Shown: positions 1 to 9,603, counted from the stretch's first letter. The stretch is 64,000 bases of DNA from an uncultured Gammaproteobacteria bacterium (GCA_964485795.1 CAZAJQ010000006.1:9716-73715), one strand, 5' to 3'. The notes: generated from the sequence alone by a model not told the origin. Program-made: numbers and translations.

Positions 1-620
1 GACTTGGTCGCCGAAATCATCGCTTTCTCTTTTGACGGTCGTTTCTTTGCGCAAAAAATGACATTTTCATTGCCAAGTCTTCTCACGATTTCGGATACGA
101 GTTCATGGGCACCCCGATCCGGCGCCACCAAAACCGCTTGGCTCATTTCCAAAGGAATCTGTAGAATGACGTGTGTAAGAATATCGGCGCCGCTGATCTC
201 GAAAAGCGCTTTTCTTCCAATATACGAACGAACTCGATCGCTGTGAAGATGGCAGGATATGATAATATCAGCTCCGGATTTTTTGAGCATATTGGCCATC
301 AATCGCGCTGTGATCGGCTCTCCTGGCTCAACGATGCGATCCTGCTTTTCATAGGCGAAATACGGAAGAAGAAGATATATTTTCTTCGCACCGTTTTCCC
401 GTAAGGCGTTGAGAAGCACGCAAAGCTTGAAAAAATGATCGCAAGGAGGGATCGTCTCCGAGAAGACCGCGACATCTTTACCTTTCACCCCTTCCAATAC
501 CTTGATCATGATTTCTCCGTCGGAAAACTGCATCTCCTCCATATTCGCGGAGGAAAAGTATCCCGACTTCAAAAGCGCTTTTTTATAATCTTCATTGTTT
601 GATAGCGAGAAGAGAAGCAT
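1..620 (-). CDS. prs: Ribose-phosphate pyrophosphokinase (3' end runs off the window)
   Basis: Manual translation from ATG 620: MLLFSL...QFSDGEIMIKV...LPYFAYEKQDR...CHLHS...VLVAPDRGA. These are the PRS motifs FxDGE, PYxxYxRQDR, DLH and VxPDxG. Missing from the ORF track because there is no stop in the window. Confidence 0.9.
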   Translation of the reverse strand, partial: MLLFSLSNNEDYKKALLKSGYFSSANMEEMQFSDGEIMIKVLEGVKGKDVAVFSETIPPCDHFFKLCVLLNALRENGAKKIYLLLPYFAYEKQDRIVEPGEPITARLMANMLKKSGADIIISCHLHSDRVRSYIGRKALFEISGADILTHVILQIPLEMSQAVLVAPDRGAHELVSEIVRRLGNENVIFCAKKRPSKEKAMISATK

Positions 621-668
621 AGGTTCATTTCTTTTGGAACTCAAAAAATATGATCGATCATAATCGCG

Positions 669-1337
669 TCATGATGACGGCCGTGCAAGGTGCGAATTAA
701 AACGATTTCGTGCGATTTCCAATAATTGTTTCACCTCATCATCTTCCACCTGCCGGAAATCCTTGTAAAAAGCGCCTACGGAACCAAACAGCCGAGGAGC
801 GTCAAGAAAAATGAGCTCGTCGCACAACGATTGCATTTCGGAAACCAGTTCGTGCGGCAAGACGGGAACGGCGACGACGATCTTTTTTGCACCGTGTCGC
901 TTCGCATACGCTATCGCGGCCTTCATGGTGTATCCCGTGGCAATGCCGTCGTCAACGAGTATGACCGCCGAATCCTTCAAGGGATACGATTTTCTTCCGG
1001 CTCTCAGGAGATGTTCTTTTGCCATGATTTTTGAGAGAATTTCTTTTTGTTTTTGGACGATATATTCTTTTGAAATGCCATACTCGGCAATCATGGATTC
1101 ATTCAGCATGGCGCAATCTTTCGAAGCGATGGCTCCGATCGCGAGCTCCTCATTTCCCGGGGCTGGTATTTTTTTACTGACGATGATATCCAAAGGAGCC
1201 GACAGATATTCCGATATTTCAAACGCCGGCACCACGCCTCCTCGGGGCAATCCGATGATAAGCGCATCCTTGCCTCGATAGAGAAGAAGTTTTTTGGCCA
1301 GCACATCCCCGGCTTCCTTTCGATCATGAAACATCAT
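669..1337 (-). CDS. Type I phosphoribosyltransferase (COG1926-like)
   Basis: FHDRKEAG...GLPRGGV...VILVDDGIATGYT PRPP-binding motif...VGAFYKDF. Confidence 0.88.
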   Translation of the reverse strand: MMFHDRKEAGDVLAKKLLLYRGKDALIIGLPRGGVVPAFEISEYLSAPLDIIVSKKIPAPGNEELAIGAIASKDCAMLNESMIAEYGISKEYIVQKQKEILSKIMAKEHLLRAGRKSYPLKDSAVILVDDGIATGYTMKAAIAYAKRHGAKKIVVAVPVLPHELVSEMQSLCDELIFLDAPRLFGSVGAFYKDFRQVEDDEVKQLLEIARNRFNSHLARPSS

Positions 1338-1522
1338 AAGTTTTCTTTAATTGCTTTCATTATATGACAAGAACTGCTGATGCGACAGATGGGCGATGCG
1401 AACTCTTGTAAAATTCCATCTCTCGCGTTTTCTATCAAATTTTATTTGCCTTTGACGGTGCTTTTTGTCAGACTTATGAAGTTCTATTGCAATTTCATTC
1501 AATCGGTTCATAATCGACTCAT

Positions 1523-1597
1523 GTCCCTATAGTTTAATGGATAAAACACAGGTTTCCGAAGCCTGCGATGGAGGTTCGATTCCCCCTGGGGACACCA
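1523..1597 (+). tRNA. tRNA-Arg(CCG), CCA encoded
   Basis: Acceptor GTCCCTA/TGGGGAC, anticodon arm CAGGT-TTCCGAA-GCCTG, T-loop TTCGATT, 3' ACCA; one A-C mismatch in the T stem. Confidence 0.93.
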
Positions 1598-1682
1598 ATC
1601 ATTTTCATACATTTCCTCCAAAATAATATTCATGTCAATAAAAAAAAACAGGAAAGATCGTATTCTTCCCTGTTTGGTATGG

Positions 1683-3917
1683 TCAATAAATATCTTTTCT
1701 ATCTTCCACATAAAAATAGAAATGATCCCCCTCAAGTTTGAAAAGGATTCGAAGCGGATCGCAGCGTAACCTCCACAACCCGCGGGTTTTCCCGATAAGT
1801 CCATTTACTTTTCGCTGGAGTCGCATCCTGTCGCTGGGTGTGGCCAAGAGATATCCGGCGATTTTTTCCAATATCTTCTCACCAGAAATGGAAAATCCGA
1901 ATGGCTCAAAATACACTGCGAATGCTTCACAGGTTGGTTCAATGATTTCAAAAGCGCTGAAATCTTTACCTTTGCTGATCTCGAGCGTATACACTACCGG
2001 TGATACCTCTACAGCATCGATGACCGGCTTATCCTTCTCATCCCATTCACGCCCTTCGTATTTCCGCTTTCTCCTGCCGGTTTGAAAATCAGATTTTTTT
2101 TGTCCGTCCTTTCTTTCCAAGAGCATATCTCTCACAGTGAGGCAGACAAGCTCGAGAAACAGTGCACGAAAATTATCGCTCACTTTTTCTCGCCAGCTCA
2201 CTTCCACAAGTTTTCTTGCAAGCTGCTCTTCGAAATCGCTTCCATGAAATGTTTTTCCTCCGGATGAAAAAAAATTTTCTTCGCATTGGGCAATCTTCTT
2301 GCATTGTGAAAACATTTTCACTATTTTACTGCCCAAGGTAAAATACTTCTTCCCAAACGCATCGTTGATCTCTTTCCTATCGGCTTCAATCAGACTGAAA
2401 AAACGATCTTGCGATTTTTCAAAAGCTCTTTCCTTGTCCTTCATTGAAACATCAACGAGCATTTGTGAGGCTCGAAAAATCAAATATTCAAAAATCTCGG
2501 TGAGATCGTTTACGTTCGTATAACGACGCTCATGTCCAAAAAACTCGGAAATCATGGCGGACTCTTTTTCCGGATATTTGCTGATATAGTGGCGCAAATC
2601 CGCTAATGAGCTCAAGGCATTTTCTTTCTCCTTGATTGCCATAGTTCGCCGCTCTTTTTCGAGTTCATTTCGCCGGCTGACATCGTCTTTGCGTCCCAGG
2701 AGCGAACTGAATTTCCCCAGCTTTGGAGCGATTTCCAATGCTCTCTCATAGAGTTTTTTCCCGACAAGGAGCGCAAAAAGGCAATCCATCTCATGCTCGT
2801 GCCGCTTATTGGGCTGAATCATGACTATCTTCTCAACGGGAAGTTTTTGAAATTTTCCCGCCCATTCATAAAGGCTTTGTGATTCGTCCTTCAGTAATTG
2901 GGCGAAGCCCAGTGACGCAAATTCCTCTCGGAATTTGAGGTATTCGATAACTTCAGACACATCATGTCTTCTCCCTTCATACATGCTATCCAAAGCTTCA
3001 ACATATTTTTTTCTCCTTGCCTCCAGCTCTAGGTCGTGTCGTTTTATCACCGCTGATTCAAGCTCATCATATCGCTCCCAATAAAGGAAATAGATGACTT
3101 GATCGATGAGTTTTTCGTATGATTCCTTCTCTTGAGACCGCTCCGTTGCCTCATCATAATAGGTAACCGTTTTTTGCAGCGTCTCAAAATCGTCGTCATA
3201 CGCCGCCGTCATGATTTTCAGCAGCACCTTGAGCAGGTAGGACGGGCACATGACAGACAGATTCACCGCCTTGATCAAGGCATGCATGGTACCGTCGTCC
3301 AAAAAACTCAACAAATCCGGAATGTCTTTCACACCTTCGAAAAATCGACATTTCATCTTCCATTGAGCCACGATGCGCCGAAGCAAGCCCTCATTTTCCA
3401 TCAATTCACCGCAATATTCCAGAAAAGTATCCATGTCATTGTTATCGGTTTTCGATGCATTGACTCGAAAATCAAATAACTTGCAAATGCTGTTCCATTC
3501 CCCCAGCCAAAATGAAAAGCACATTGCGCATGTTCTTTTTTCAAGCATTATATTCTCTCTCCCACATGTGGAAATATAATCTGCCATGACCATCTGAAAT
3601 TCTTCCTTCATGCCATAACAAAAATAGGTGAATAATCCTTCTTGCTGATAGTGAATGGAGCTTGGATTACATTTTCGCGCAGCGGCGACCAGTGCCAGCC
3701 TCATCTCTTTTTTTTCACTTTCTTTCACTATGACCTGTTCATCCATAAGCAAAGAGAAAGCATTATCAAACATGAGCTCGGTCGGAGGTGGCGACAATTC
3801 TATCGCCTTCATATAGCATCTCAAAGCGCTCACATACTTTCTCTTCAGAAAATTGAGATCTCCGGCGAGATGCATGGGATTGATCGTCCCGTCAATTTTC
3901 AGTTTCACTTTTTTCAT
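1683..3917 (-). CDS. Large helical protein with N-terminal TPR-like repeat and C-terminal RelE/ParE-like domain
   Basis: 765-aa ORF. Likely start is ATG 3917 because a consensus promoter spans the ORF-track ATG 3980. TPR-like HLAGDLNFLKRKYVSALRCYMKAIELSP; C-terminus GLWRLRCDPLRILF...VEDRKDIY resembles the RelE-family xRLRVGDYRIxY...GHRxxxY pattern. Confidence 0.65.
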   Translation of the reverse strand: MKKVKLKIDGTINPMHLAGDLNFLKRKYVSALRCYMKAIELSPPPTELMFDNAFSLLMDEQVIVKESEKKEMRLALVAAARKCNPSSIHYQQEGLFTYFCYGMKEEFQMVMADYISTCGRENIMLEKRTCAMCFSFWLGEWNSICKLFDFRVNASKTDNNDMDTFLEYCGELMENEGLLRRIVAQWKMKCRFFEGVKDIPDLLSFLDDGTMHALIKAVNLSVMCPSYLLKVLLKIMTAAYDDDFETLQKTVTYYDEATERSQEKESYEKLIDQVIYFLYWERYDELESAVIKRHDLELEARRKKYVEALDSMYEGRRHDVSEVIEYLKFREEFASLGFAQLLKDESQSLYEWAGKFQKLPVEKIVMIQPNKRHEHEMDCLFALLVGKKLYERALEIAPKLGKFSSLLGRKDDVSRRNELEKERRTMAIKEKENALSSLADLRHYISKYPEKESAMISEFFGHERRYTNVNDLTEIFEYLIFRASQMLVDVSMKDKERAFEKSQDRFFSLIEADRKEINDAFGKKYFTLGSKIVKMFSQCKKIAQCEENFFSSGGKTFHGSDFEEQLARKLVEVSWREKVSDNFRALFLELVCLTVRDMLLERKDGQKKSDFQTGRRKRKYEGREWDEKDKPVIDAVEVSPVVYTLEISKGKDFSAFEIIEPTCEAFAVYFEPFGFSISGEKILEKIAGYLLATPSDRMRLQRKVNGLIGKTRGLWRLRCDPLRILFKLEGDHFYFYVEDRKDIY

Positions 3918-3968
3918 GATACGTTCCTTTTTAAACTGTAACGAAACATTCCAAAACAACAATTTTTT

Positions 3969-3997
3969 ATTGTAACCCATTCAATAATTATTGTCAA
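3969..3997 (-). promoter_or_regulatory. Sigma70 promoter for the TPR/RelE-like gene
   Basis: Minus strand TTGACA (3997-3992), 17 bp, TACAAT (3974-3969). Confidence 0.7.
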
Positions 3998-4033
3998 AAT
4001 ATCTTTTTATTATGGACTATCATTAGCGATAAC

Positions 4034-4061
4034 AAAAAAATCTCCATAAAGAGATTTTTTT
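4034..4061 (-). terminator. Intrinsic (symmetric) terminator after the DUF378 gene
   Basis: AAAAAAATCTC-CATAAA-GAGATTTTTTT hairpin with A/T tails on both sides. Confidence 0.55.
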
Positions 4062-4089
4062 GCGAGTGATTTTAAAAAAGAATGGATTT

Positions 4090-4329
4090 TTATTTTTTCA
4101 TCATGTCCATCCCGGAACACATCATGCAATCCTTTTTATGCGTTACGAGAATATACAGAGCCGAAAGACCGACAGCCGCATAAATGACACGCGCAACCGT
4201 TGAGCTCATGCCTCCGAGAAGAGACGCTACGAGGTCGTATTGAAAAAATCCGACCAATCCCCAGTTAAGTCCTCCGATAAGAAGCAGGAGGAAAGCAAGC
4301 ATATGGAGTCCGCTTTTGTTTTGGGACAT
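4090..4329 (-). CDS. DUF378 family small membrane protein
   Basis: LLIGGLNWGLVGFFQYDLVASL...ARVIYAAVGLSALY signature. Confidence 0.88.
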   Translation of the reverse strand: MSQNKSGLHMLAFLLLLIGGLNWGLVGFFQYDLVASLLGGMSSTVARVIYAAVGLSALYILVTHKKDCMMCSGMDMMKK

Positions 4330-4814
4330 AAATGAAATAAATTAAGAATAAAAAAGCTTAGAGATGATGAACTTTATTTATAATAGCATCATCGCTACGG
4401 ATATCATAATTTTTGTCAAGGATTTTAAAGAATCAGCATGGCATCCCCAAACGAGTAGAGATGGTATCTCTCCGCAATAGCAAATCGGTCATCAATATAT
4501 CGACGATTCGAAAATCACATGAGGAACGAAAAAGAATATCCTCCTTGAGCAGATCTATCGCGCAACGACGATTCTTCGAGGGAAAGAGTATCATCATTGA
4601 TATCGACCATCAATGCATTTGACGCAGCATCACCCCATTTGATACATTTTCTGATAAAGAAGGCTCACTTCTTCTTTTTTAATTGATCCAATATTTCGTC
4701 ATGCTACATTTTTTCTGAGATGACTGCAGAAAACAAAAAAAATCTGTAACCATTCCATGTCCATGCAAAATTTATTCTCAGTGAACCGTTTTTGAGCAAT
4801 AATTTTCTCTCTAT

Positions 4815-4885
4815 TCCGGGATCGTCTAATGGTAGGACGCCTGACTCTGAATCAGGTAATCGGGGTTCGAATCCCTGTCCCGGAG
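4815..4885 (+). tRNA. tRNA-Gln(CTG), CCA not encoded
   Basis: Acceptor TCCGGGA/TCCCGGA, anticodon arm CCTGA-CTCTGAA-TCAGG, T-loop TTCGAAT, discriminator G. Confidence 0.93.
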
Positions 4886-4966
4886 TGAAGTAGAGCCCCT
4901 ACGGGGCACACTTCACTCCATGGAGGGTGTTCGTCTGAGTTACGCGAAGACGAGCTCTCCTCCATG
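4882..4966. repeat. Two tandem GC-rich hairpins directly after tRNA-Gln
   Basis: GGAGTGAAGT(4882-91)/ACTTCACTCC(4910-19) enclosing GCCCC-TAC-GGGGC; CATGGAGG(4919-26)/CCTCCATG(4959-66) enclosing TCGTCT/AGACGA. Confidence 0.7.
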
Positions 4967-5042
4967 CGAGCGAGGCGGAACTTTAATATCCATCAAACAA
5001 TATTCAATCATTCTCAAAAAATATTCCTTCATGACCTCCTTT

Positions 5043-6779
5043 TCAAACCACCACTTCACCCTCAAAAACATCGAGGATGTTTTGTAAGCCGCTGTCTTTT
5101 GGTTCTGCCGGTAAATCGTTGATTCCACTCACTTCTTTGTGTTTTTCCGATTCGATCGATAACGTGGGATCGAGAACGCATTCAAACCGAAATTTTTTTC
5201 CGGAAACGTCGGTAAATATATCCTCCATAATCCTCATATTCTGCATTTTCATGATCAATTCCTGATGCAGGGGAAATTTGACTCCCAAAGTCCCTTTTCC
5301 ATCATTCGCGTTTAAAAGCAACGTGTTTTTTAAGACTATCGCCAAAGACGGCTGTTTTTTTGCAATCTCCGATTTTGCCATATTCCAAAAACCTCGCGCT
5401 TCTAGAAGACTCATGCTTTCGCCGACATTGGAAACATCCCGTTTATCGGTTTCAATCGTCGCTTCGGGACGACTCTGAACGTGATTTCCGCGTTTGAGCG
5501 TATGCTTGACCATATCTTTTGACGCATTGTTTGCGAAAATCACGGCGTCAGAATGAGCCTTGCCTGTGGCGCTTTCATACACGCTCCCTTGAGGGCGTGG
5601 AGGTCTCTGCGAGTGCTCGGCCCATTCATCGGAGCGAACGATTTTTACTTCCGAAAATGCGGTCATATCATTAGCATTTGCCGCATTCCCTTCATAGCAT
5701 ATTTCAATAACCGCCAATTCCAAAGGTAATTGCACCATTTCCAAATTTTTGAGCTGCAATTTTTTTTCCAATAAAACATCCAACATACGTTTCAGCTGTC
5801 TCATGTCAGCGGCGGTAATCAGTTCTTTCAGACGCCCCTCATCCTCCTTTGAAACGATTTCATCAAAAGAGGTCAACGAACCGTCTACCTTTGCGAGAAG
5901 CATTTTTCGAACGATTTCCAGCGCATCACCGGTAAACGCCTCCAGAGAAACGCCCTCATAGACCATATCCTGCAGCATTTTCAAAGCCGCCGATGATTTT
6001 TTCCCGATGAGCAGATCCAAAAATGCGATCGCGAGCTTCATGTGCGTCTTTGGCAAAACCAGCTCGGCCAATTCCATGGTGATCTCTCCTTCGCCAAGTG
6101 ACATGACCTGGCTCAAACGACTGACAGCGTCGCGCAAAAAACCGCCGGACACCGAAGCGATATGCCTCAAGACATCGTCGCTCACCGCGACGTCTTCATT
6201 GGTGGCGATGAATTTCAAGCGCTCGTAGATTTCTTGGCTGTCGATTTTTTTAAAATCAAATCGCTGCGCCCGCGAGACGATCGTGTCCGGCAATTTATGT
6301 ATCTCCGTGGTGGCGAGAATGAAAACGACATGCGACGGCGGCTCTTCGAGCGTTTTCAGAAGCGCGTTAAACGATGACAAGGAGAGCATATGCACTTCAT
6401 CCAGGATGAATATCTTGTACTTGCCGGCCTGACCCGCGGTACGAGCATTGGCGATGATATTTTGACGGATATTCTCCACGCCCGTATGAGAGGCGGCGTC
6501 CACCTCGATCACATCCATGGATCGCTGTTCCATGATGGCCATACATGATTCGCAGGCATTGCATGGCTCGGATTGGCCTTCTTTGCGACAATCGCAATTG
6601 AGCGCCTTGCTCATGATGCGCGCCAAGGTCGTCTTGCCTATTCCCCTGGGACCGCAAAAAATATAGGCGTGCGCGATTTTTCCATTGGCAATCTCGTTTT
6701 GCAACGTAAGTTTGATGGGATTTTGCCCGGTCACTTCTGCAAAACTTTTGGGACGATACAAAAAATTGATGTTTTTCAT
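5043..6779 (-). CDS. dnaX: DNA polymerase III subunit gamma/tau
   Basis: LYRPKSF, Walker A GPRGIGKTT, Zn Cys cluster, DEVHML, LLKTLEEPP. Confidence 0.97.
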   Translation of the reverse strand: MKNINFLYRPKSFAEVTGQNPIKLTLQNEIANGKIAHAYIFCGPRGIGKTTLARIMSKALNCDCRKEGQSEPCNACESCMAIMEQRSMDVIEVDAASHTGVENIRQNIIANARTAGQAGKYKIFILDEVHMLSLSSFNALLKTLEEPPSHVVFILATTEIHKLPDTIVSRAQRFDFKKIDSQEIYERLKFIATNEDVAVSDDVLRHIASVSGGFLRDAVSRLSQVMSLGEGEITMELAELVLPKTHMKLAIAFLDLLIGKKSSAALKMLQDMVYEGVSLEAFTGDALEIVRKMLLAKVDGSLTSFDEIVSKEDEGRLKELITAADMRQLKRMLDVLLEKKLQLKNLEMVQLPLELAVIEICYEGNAANANDMTAFSEVKIVRSDEWAEHSQRPPRPQGSVYESATGKAHSDAVIFANNASKDMVKHTLKRGNHVQSRPEATIETDKRDVSNVGESMSLLEARGFWNMAKSEIAKKQPSLAIVLKNTLLLNANDGKGTLGVKFPLHQELIMKMQNMRIMEDIFTDVSGKKFRFECVLDPTLSIESEKHKEVSGINDLPAEPKDSGLQNILDVFEGEVVV

Positions 6780-6804
6780 AATTCATGACAGATTCAGTGA
6801 ACGT

Positions 6805-6833
6805 ATTGTACTATGCGGCCAGCGACTTTTCAA
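6805..6833 (-). promoter_or_regulatory. Sigma70 promoter of dnaX
   Basis: TTGAAA, 17 bp, TACAAT on the minus strand, ending ~25 bp upstream of ATG 6779. Confidence 0.55.
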
Positions 6834-6847
6834 TGAAACGCGACAAT

Positions 6848-6876
6848 AAAAAAATCCCCGGATCATGGGGATCTTT
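6848..6876 (-). terminator. Intrinsic terminator after the 6898-7461 gene
   Basis: ATCCCC-loop-GGGGAT hairpin followed by a T-run on the minus strand. Confidence 0.55.
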
Positions 6877-6897
6877 ATTCATCGGAATGAATATGTA

Positions 6898-7461
6898 TTA
6901 CAGACCAAGTTCAGCTTCGGCGTCAATGGGTTTGCTGATGATATTTTCCACGGCCGCCCATACGCATCCTCGTTCGCGAGGTACAAGGATCACCACTTCA
7001 TCACCGGGTTTTCCACGAAAATACGTGATGCTGGCCAAAAGCACCCGATACACGGACTTTCCCACGATCACATGATATTCACCGGTCTCTTCATCCCGTG
7101 CGAGCATTCCTCGCAGTCTATCACGGTCAATGGGTTTGATCTGCTTATAGATGAACGACCCGTCCATTCCGATGGACAGCTTGAGACGATCCCCCTCGAC
7201 GAGTTTTGATTTTGACGCATAATTCGCGGACATCGAGTATTCCTTGCCATCGTCTCCGATCATTTTCGTCCCGTCAAAAATACCCTCAATCACCGACGCA
7301 TCGCTTTTCCCGAGATCCTTGTCGTCGATCGTCAGGGACAGCTTGGATACATCCATATCCTCATGGCTCAGGTCGCTGGCAAGGAGCTTTCTCACCATCG
7401 CCACTTCGTTTTCGATATTTTCAACGATTTTTAGAGCGATTTTTATTTTTTCTTGGTTCAT
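6898..7461 (-). CDS. Conserved hypothetical protein (CPR-type, beta-rich)
   Basis: Clean 187-aa ORF with own promoter and terminator; motif IEGIFDG..M...DGKEY....NYASKSKLVEGD.LKL. Confidence 0.75.
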   Translation of the reverse strand: MNQEKIKIALKIVENIENEVAMVRKLLASDLSHEDMDVSKLSLTIDDKDLGKSDASVIEGIFDGTKMIGDDGKEYSMSANYASKSKLVEGDRLKLSIGMDGSFIYKQIKPIDRDRLRGMLARDEETGEYHVIVGKSVYRVLLASITYFRGKPGDEVVILVPRERGCVWAAVENIISKPIDAEAELGL

Positions 7462-7472
7462 AGTCAGACGCT

Positions 7473-7481
7473 TGTGGATAA
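7473..7481 (-). promoter_or_regulatory. Perfect DnaA box TTATCCACA in the 5' UTR
   Basis: Plus strand TGTGGATAA, between a putative promoter (TTGACA 7525-7520, 17 bp, TAACGT 7502-7497) and ATG 7461. Confidence 0.55.
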
Positions 7482-7645
7482 GTTATATTGACCGCAACGT
7501 TACCTCGATATGATGAGTTTGTCAAGCAAACCGGCGCTGCCGACTTCCTCCCTACCGATGATCAACGCGGCGTTCCTCGGACAGGTTGATTCCCCTCTCT
7601 TGTGCTTGCTATACTTCCCTGTTAGTCATGATTTTTTCGCCCACT

Positions 7646-8521
7646 ATGGATCTCTCGGTCATTACCGTCACATGGAATTCCGCGCAACATGTCTTGGAGC
7701 ATTTCAATACGTTTTTTTGCGAACAAAATCCCGTCATGGATCTTAAGTTTGAATATCTCCTCGTGGACAATGCCTCATCCGACGGCACGGTTTCAAAAGT
7801 GAAACGTCATTTTCCTCAAGTGAACATTTTCGAAAACACCGCGAATCTCGGTTTTTCGGCGGCCAACAATCAAGGATTTTCGAAAGCCCGCGGACGATTC
7901 ATTCTCTTTCTGAATCCCGATACGGATATCAGTCTCCTTGAAGTGAAGCATATGATTCTCTGGATGGAGGCGCACCCGGATGTCGCTCTCATCGGGCCGA
8001 GATTTGACGATCGCGACGGTCGGCCGATTTTTGCCGCACTCCCGCGGAGATTCCCAAAAATCTTCGACCAGATCATCATTCTTTTGAAAATCCAACGCAT
8101 TTTCCCTCGACTCATCGATCATTATCTCATGACCGACATGGATCCCTATGCCGAGCAAAAAGTCGACTCTCTTCGCGGGGCATGTTTGCTCGTAAAAAAA
8201 TCCTTCCTCGACAGTCTCGGATATGCGTTTGATCAGCGTTACTTCATTTGGTTTGAAGACGTGGATCTGTGCATGGAAGCGAAAAAACGCAATCTCAAAG
8301 TCATGTATACCCCACAATTTGGGGCGTATGAACGCCTCAGTCAAAGTTTTTTGCAGCAAAATATGTTTTGGAAACATCAAAATTTCTCAAAAAGCATGCT
8401 TCTCTTTTTTCAAAAATGGCATCCTTGGTACGTTTGGATTTGGATAGCCGCTTTAAGACCCGTAAGCCTTGTCTGGGCATGGATGCTCTCTTCCTTGGTT
8501 CAATTAAAGAATCGAATATGA
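7646..8521 (+). CDS. GT2 glycosyltransferase (WbbL/rhamnosyltransferase-like)
   Basis: MDLSVITVTWN, VDNASSDGT, NLGFSAANN, LFLNPDT, FEDVDLC; start moved to ATG 7646. Confidence 0.9.
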   Translation: MDLSVITVTWNSAQHVLEHFNTFFCEQNPVMDLKFEYLLVDNASSDGTVSKVKRHFPQVNIFENTANLGFSAANNQGFSKARGRFILFLNPDTDISLLEVKHMILWMEAHPDVALIGPRFDDRDGRPIFAALPRRFPKIFDQIIILLKIQRIFPRLIDHYLMTDMDPYAEQKVDSLRGACLLVKKSFLDSLGYAFDQRYFIWFEDVDLCMEAKKRNLKVMYTPQFGAYERLSQSFLQQNMFWKHQNFSKSMLLFFQKWHPWYVWIWIAALRPVSLVWAWMLSSLVQLKNRI

Positions 8522-9603
8522 AACTCGCGATTCATCTGCTCACCTGGAACGGAGCGTCGTATCTTCCCTACCTTTTTGATTCGCTCAAAAAACAAACCTT
8601 TCTTGACTGGGAACTTCACGTATCCGACAATGCTTCCACGGATACAACATGGGATTTCCTTCAAAACGAAGGGCATCGCATGTTTGAGCGGCTCCACCTC
8701 ACCCGTTATGATTCCAACCGGGGTTTTGCCGCCGGACACAATGATTTTTTCCGAAAAAACGATCATGACCTGCTTCTCATACTCAATCAGGATATGTATC
8801 TGACGCCTTCATGCCTGGAAAAACTCATGGACTCCATGAAAAGACATCCGGAAGTAGGCGCCGTTGCTCCGAGAATCATGCGCTGGAATTTTGAAGCGCT
8901 TCGCCCCATGTATGCGAAAAATGTTTTGCAAAACAACTCAGCCCTGTTGCAAAAAAGTTTCACGGATAGCATTGATTCGCTGGGGCTTTCGGTAAAAAAC
9001 AATCGCCGCGTAACCGACCTCTTTGCGGGCTGCGACTGGAATGCTGTAAAATCCGACTTTCACAAAGAATACGCCGAGATATTTGGCGTTTCCGGCGCCA
9101 TGGCGCTCTTTCGAAAAAAAGCGCTCCGATACGTCGCATTTTCTGACGGTCAAGTTTTTGATGAATCATATGATTCGTATAAAGAGGATGTTGATCTTGC
9201 CTACCGTTTGTCATCGGCGGGATTTCAAAGTCACGTACTTCTTCATGCCGTCGCCTATCATGATCGCACCATCGCGAGTCAAACTCACGAACCTCTTTTT
9301 TCACTGCTGCGACGGAAGCGATCTCAGCCGAGAAACATACGTCAAAAAAGCTATCAAAACCATATTATGACGCTTCTGAAAAATGAATATTGGCGCAATG
9401 CGCTGCTCGATTTTTTCCCCATCTTTTGGCATGAATCAAAAAAAGCGCTCTATTTTTTTTTCACCGATCCCGCATTACTGCTGAAATCATTGCAATTAAT
9501 CGCAACAAACTTTTTTATAATACTCAGAAATCGAAAAGAAATCTCTCATAAGAGAAACATATCATGGAAAAAAATACGCTTATGGTGGACGCACAAAACA
9601 TAA
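8518..9603 (+). CDS. GT2 glycosyltransferase
   Basis: MKLAIHLLTWNG, DNASTD, NRGFAAGHN, LNQD, YKEDVDLAYR; ATGA overlap with the upstream gene. Confidence 0.9.
   Translation: MKLAIHLLTWNGASYLPYLFDSLKKQTFLDWELHVSDNASTDTTWDFLQNEGHRMFERLHLTRYDSNRGFAAGHNDFFRKNDHDLLLILNQDMYLTPSCLEKLMDSMKRHPEVGAVAPRIMRWNFEALRPMYAKNVLQNNSALLQKSFTDSIDSLGLSVKNNRRVTDLFAGCDWNAVKSDFHKEYAEIFGVSGAMALFRKKALRYVAFSDGQVFDESYDSYKEDVDLAYRLSSAGFQSHVLLHAVAYHDRTIASQTHEPLFSLLRRKRSQPRNIRQKSYQNHIMTLLKNEYWRNALLDFFPIFWHESKKALYFFFTDPALLLKSLQLIATNFFIILRNRKEISHKRNISWKKIRLWWTHKT

Noticed and set aside
4335-4810. ~470-bp gap with short ORF fragments (e.g. 4413-4622)
   Set aside because: No recognisable motif and frequent stops in all frames; a decayed gene cannot be supported.
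1523-4885. Integrated island between tRNA-Arg and tRNA-Gln
   Set aside because: No integrase and no duplicated tRNA 3' end (att) found by eye.
5760-5767. A8 run in dnaX as a gamma-subunit slippage/frameshift site
   Set aside because: It falls near codon 337, probably too early for a complete gamma; A/T runs are common throughout this window.
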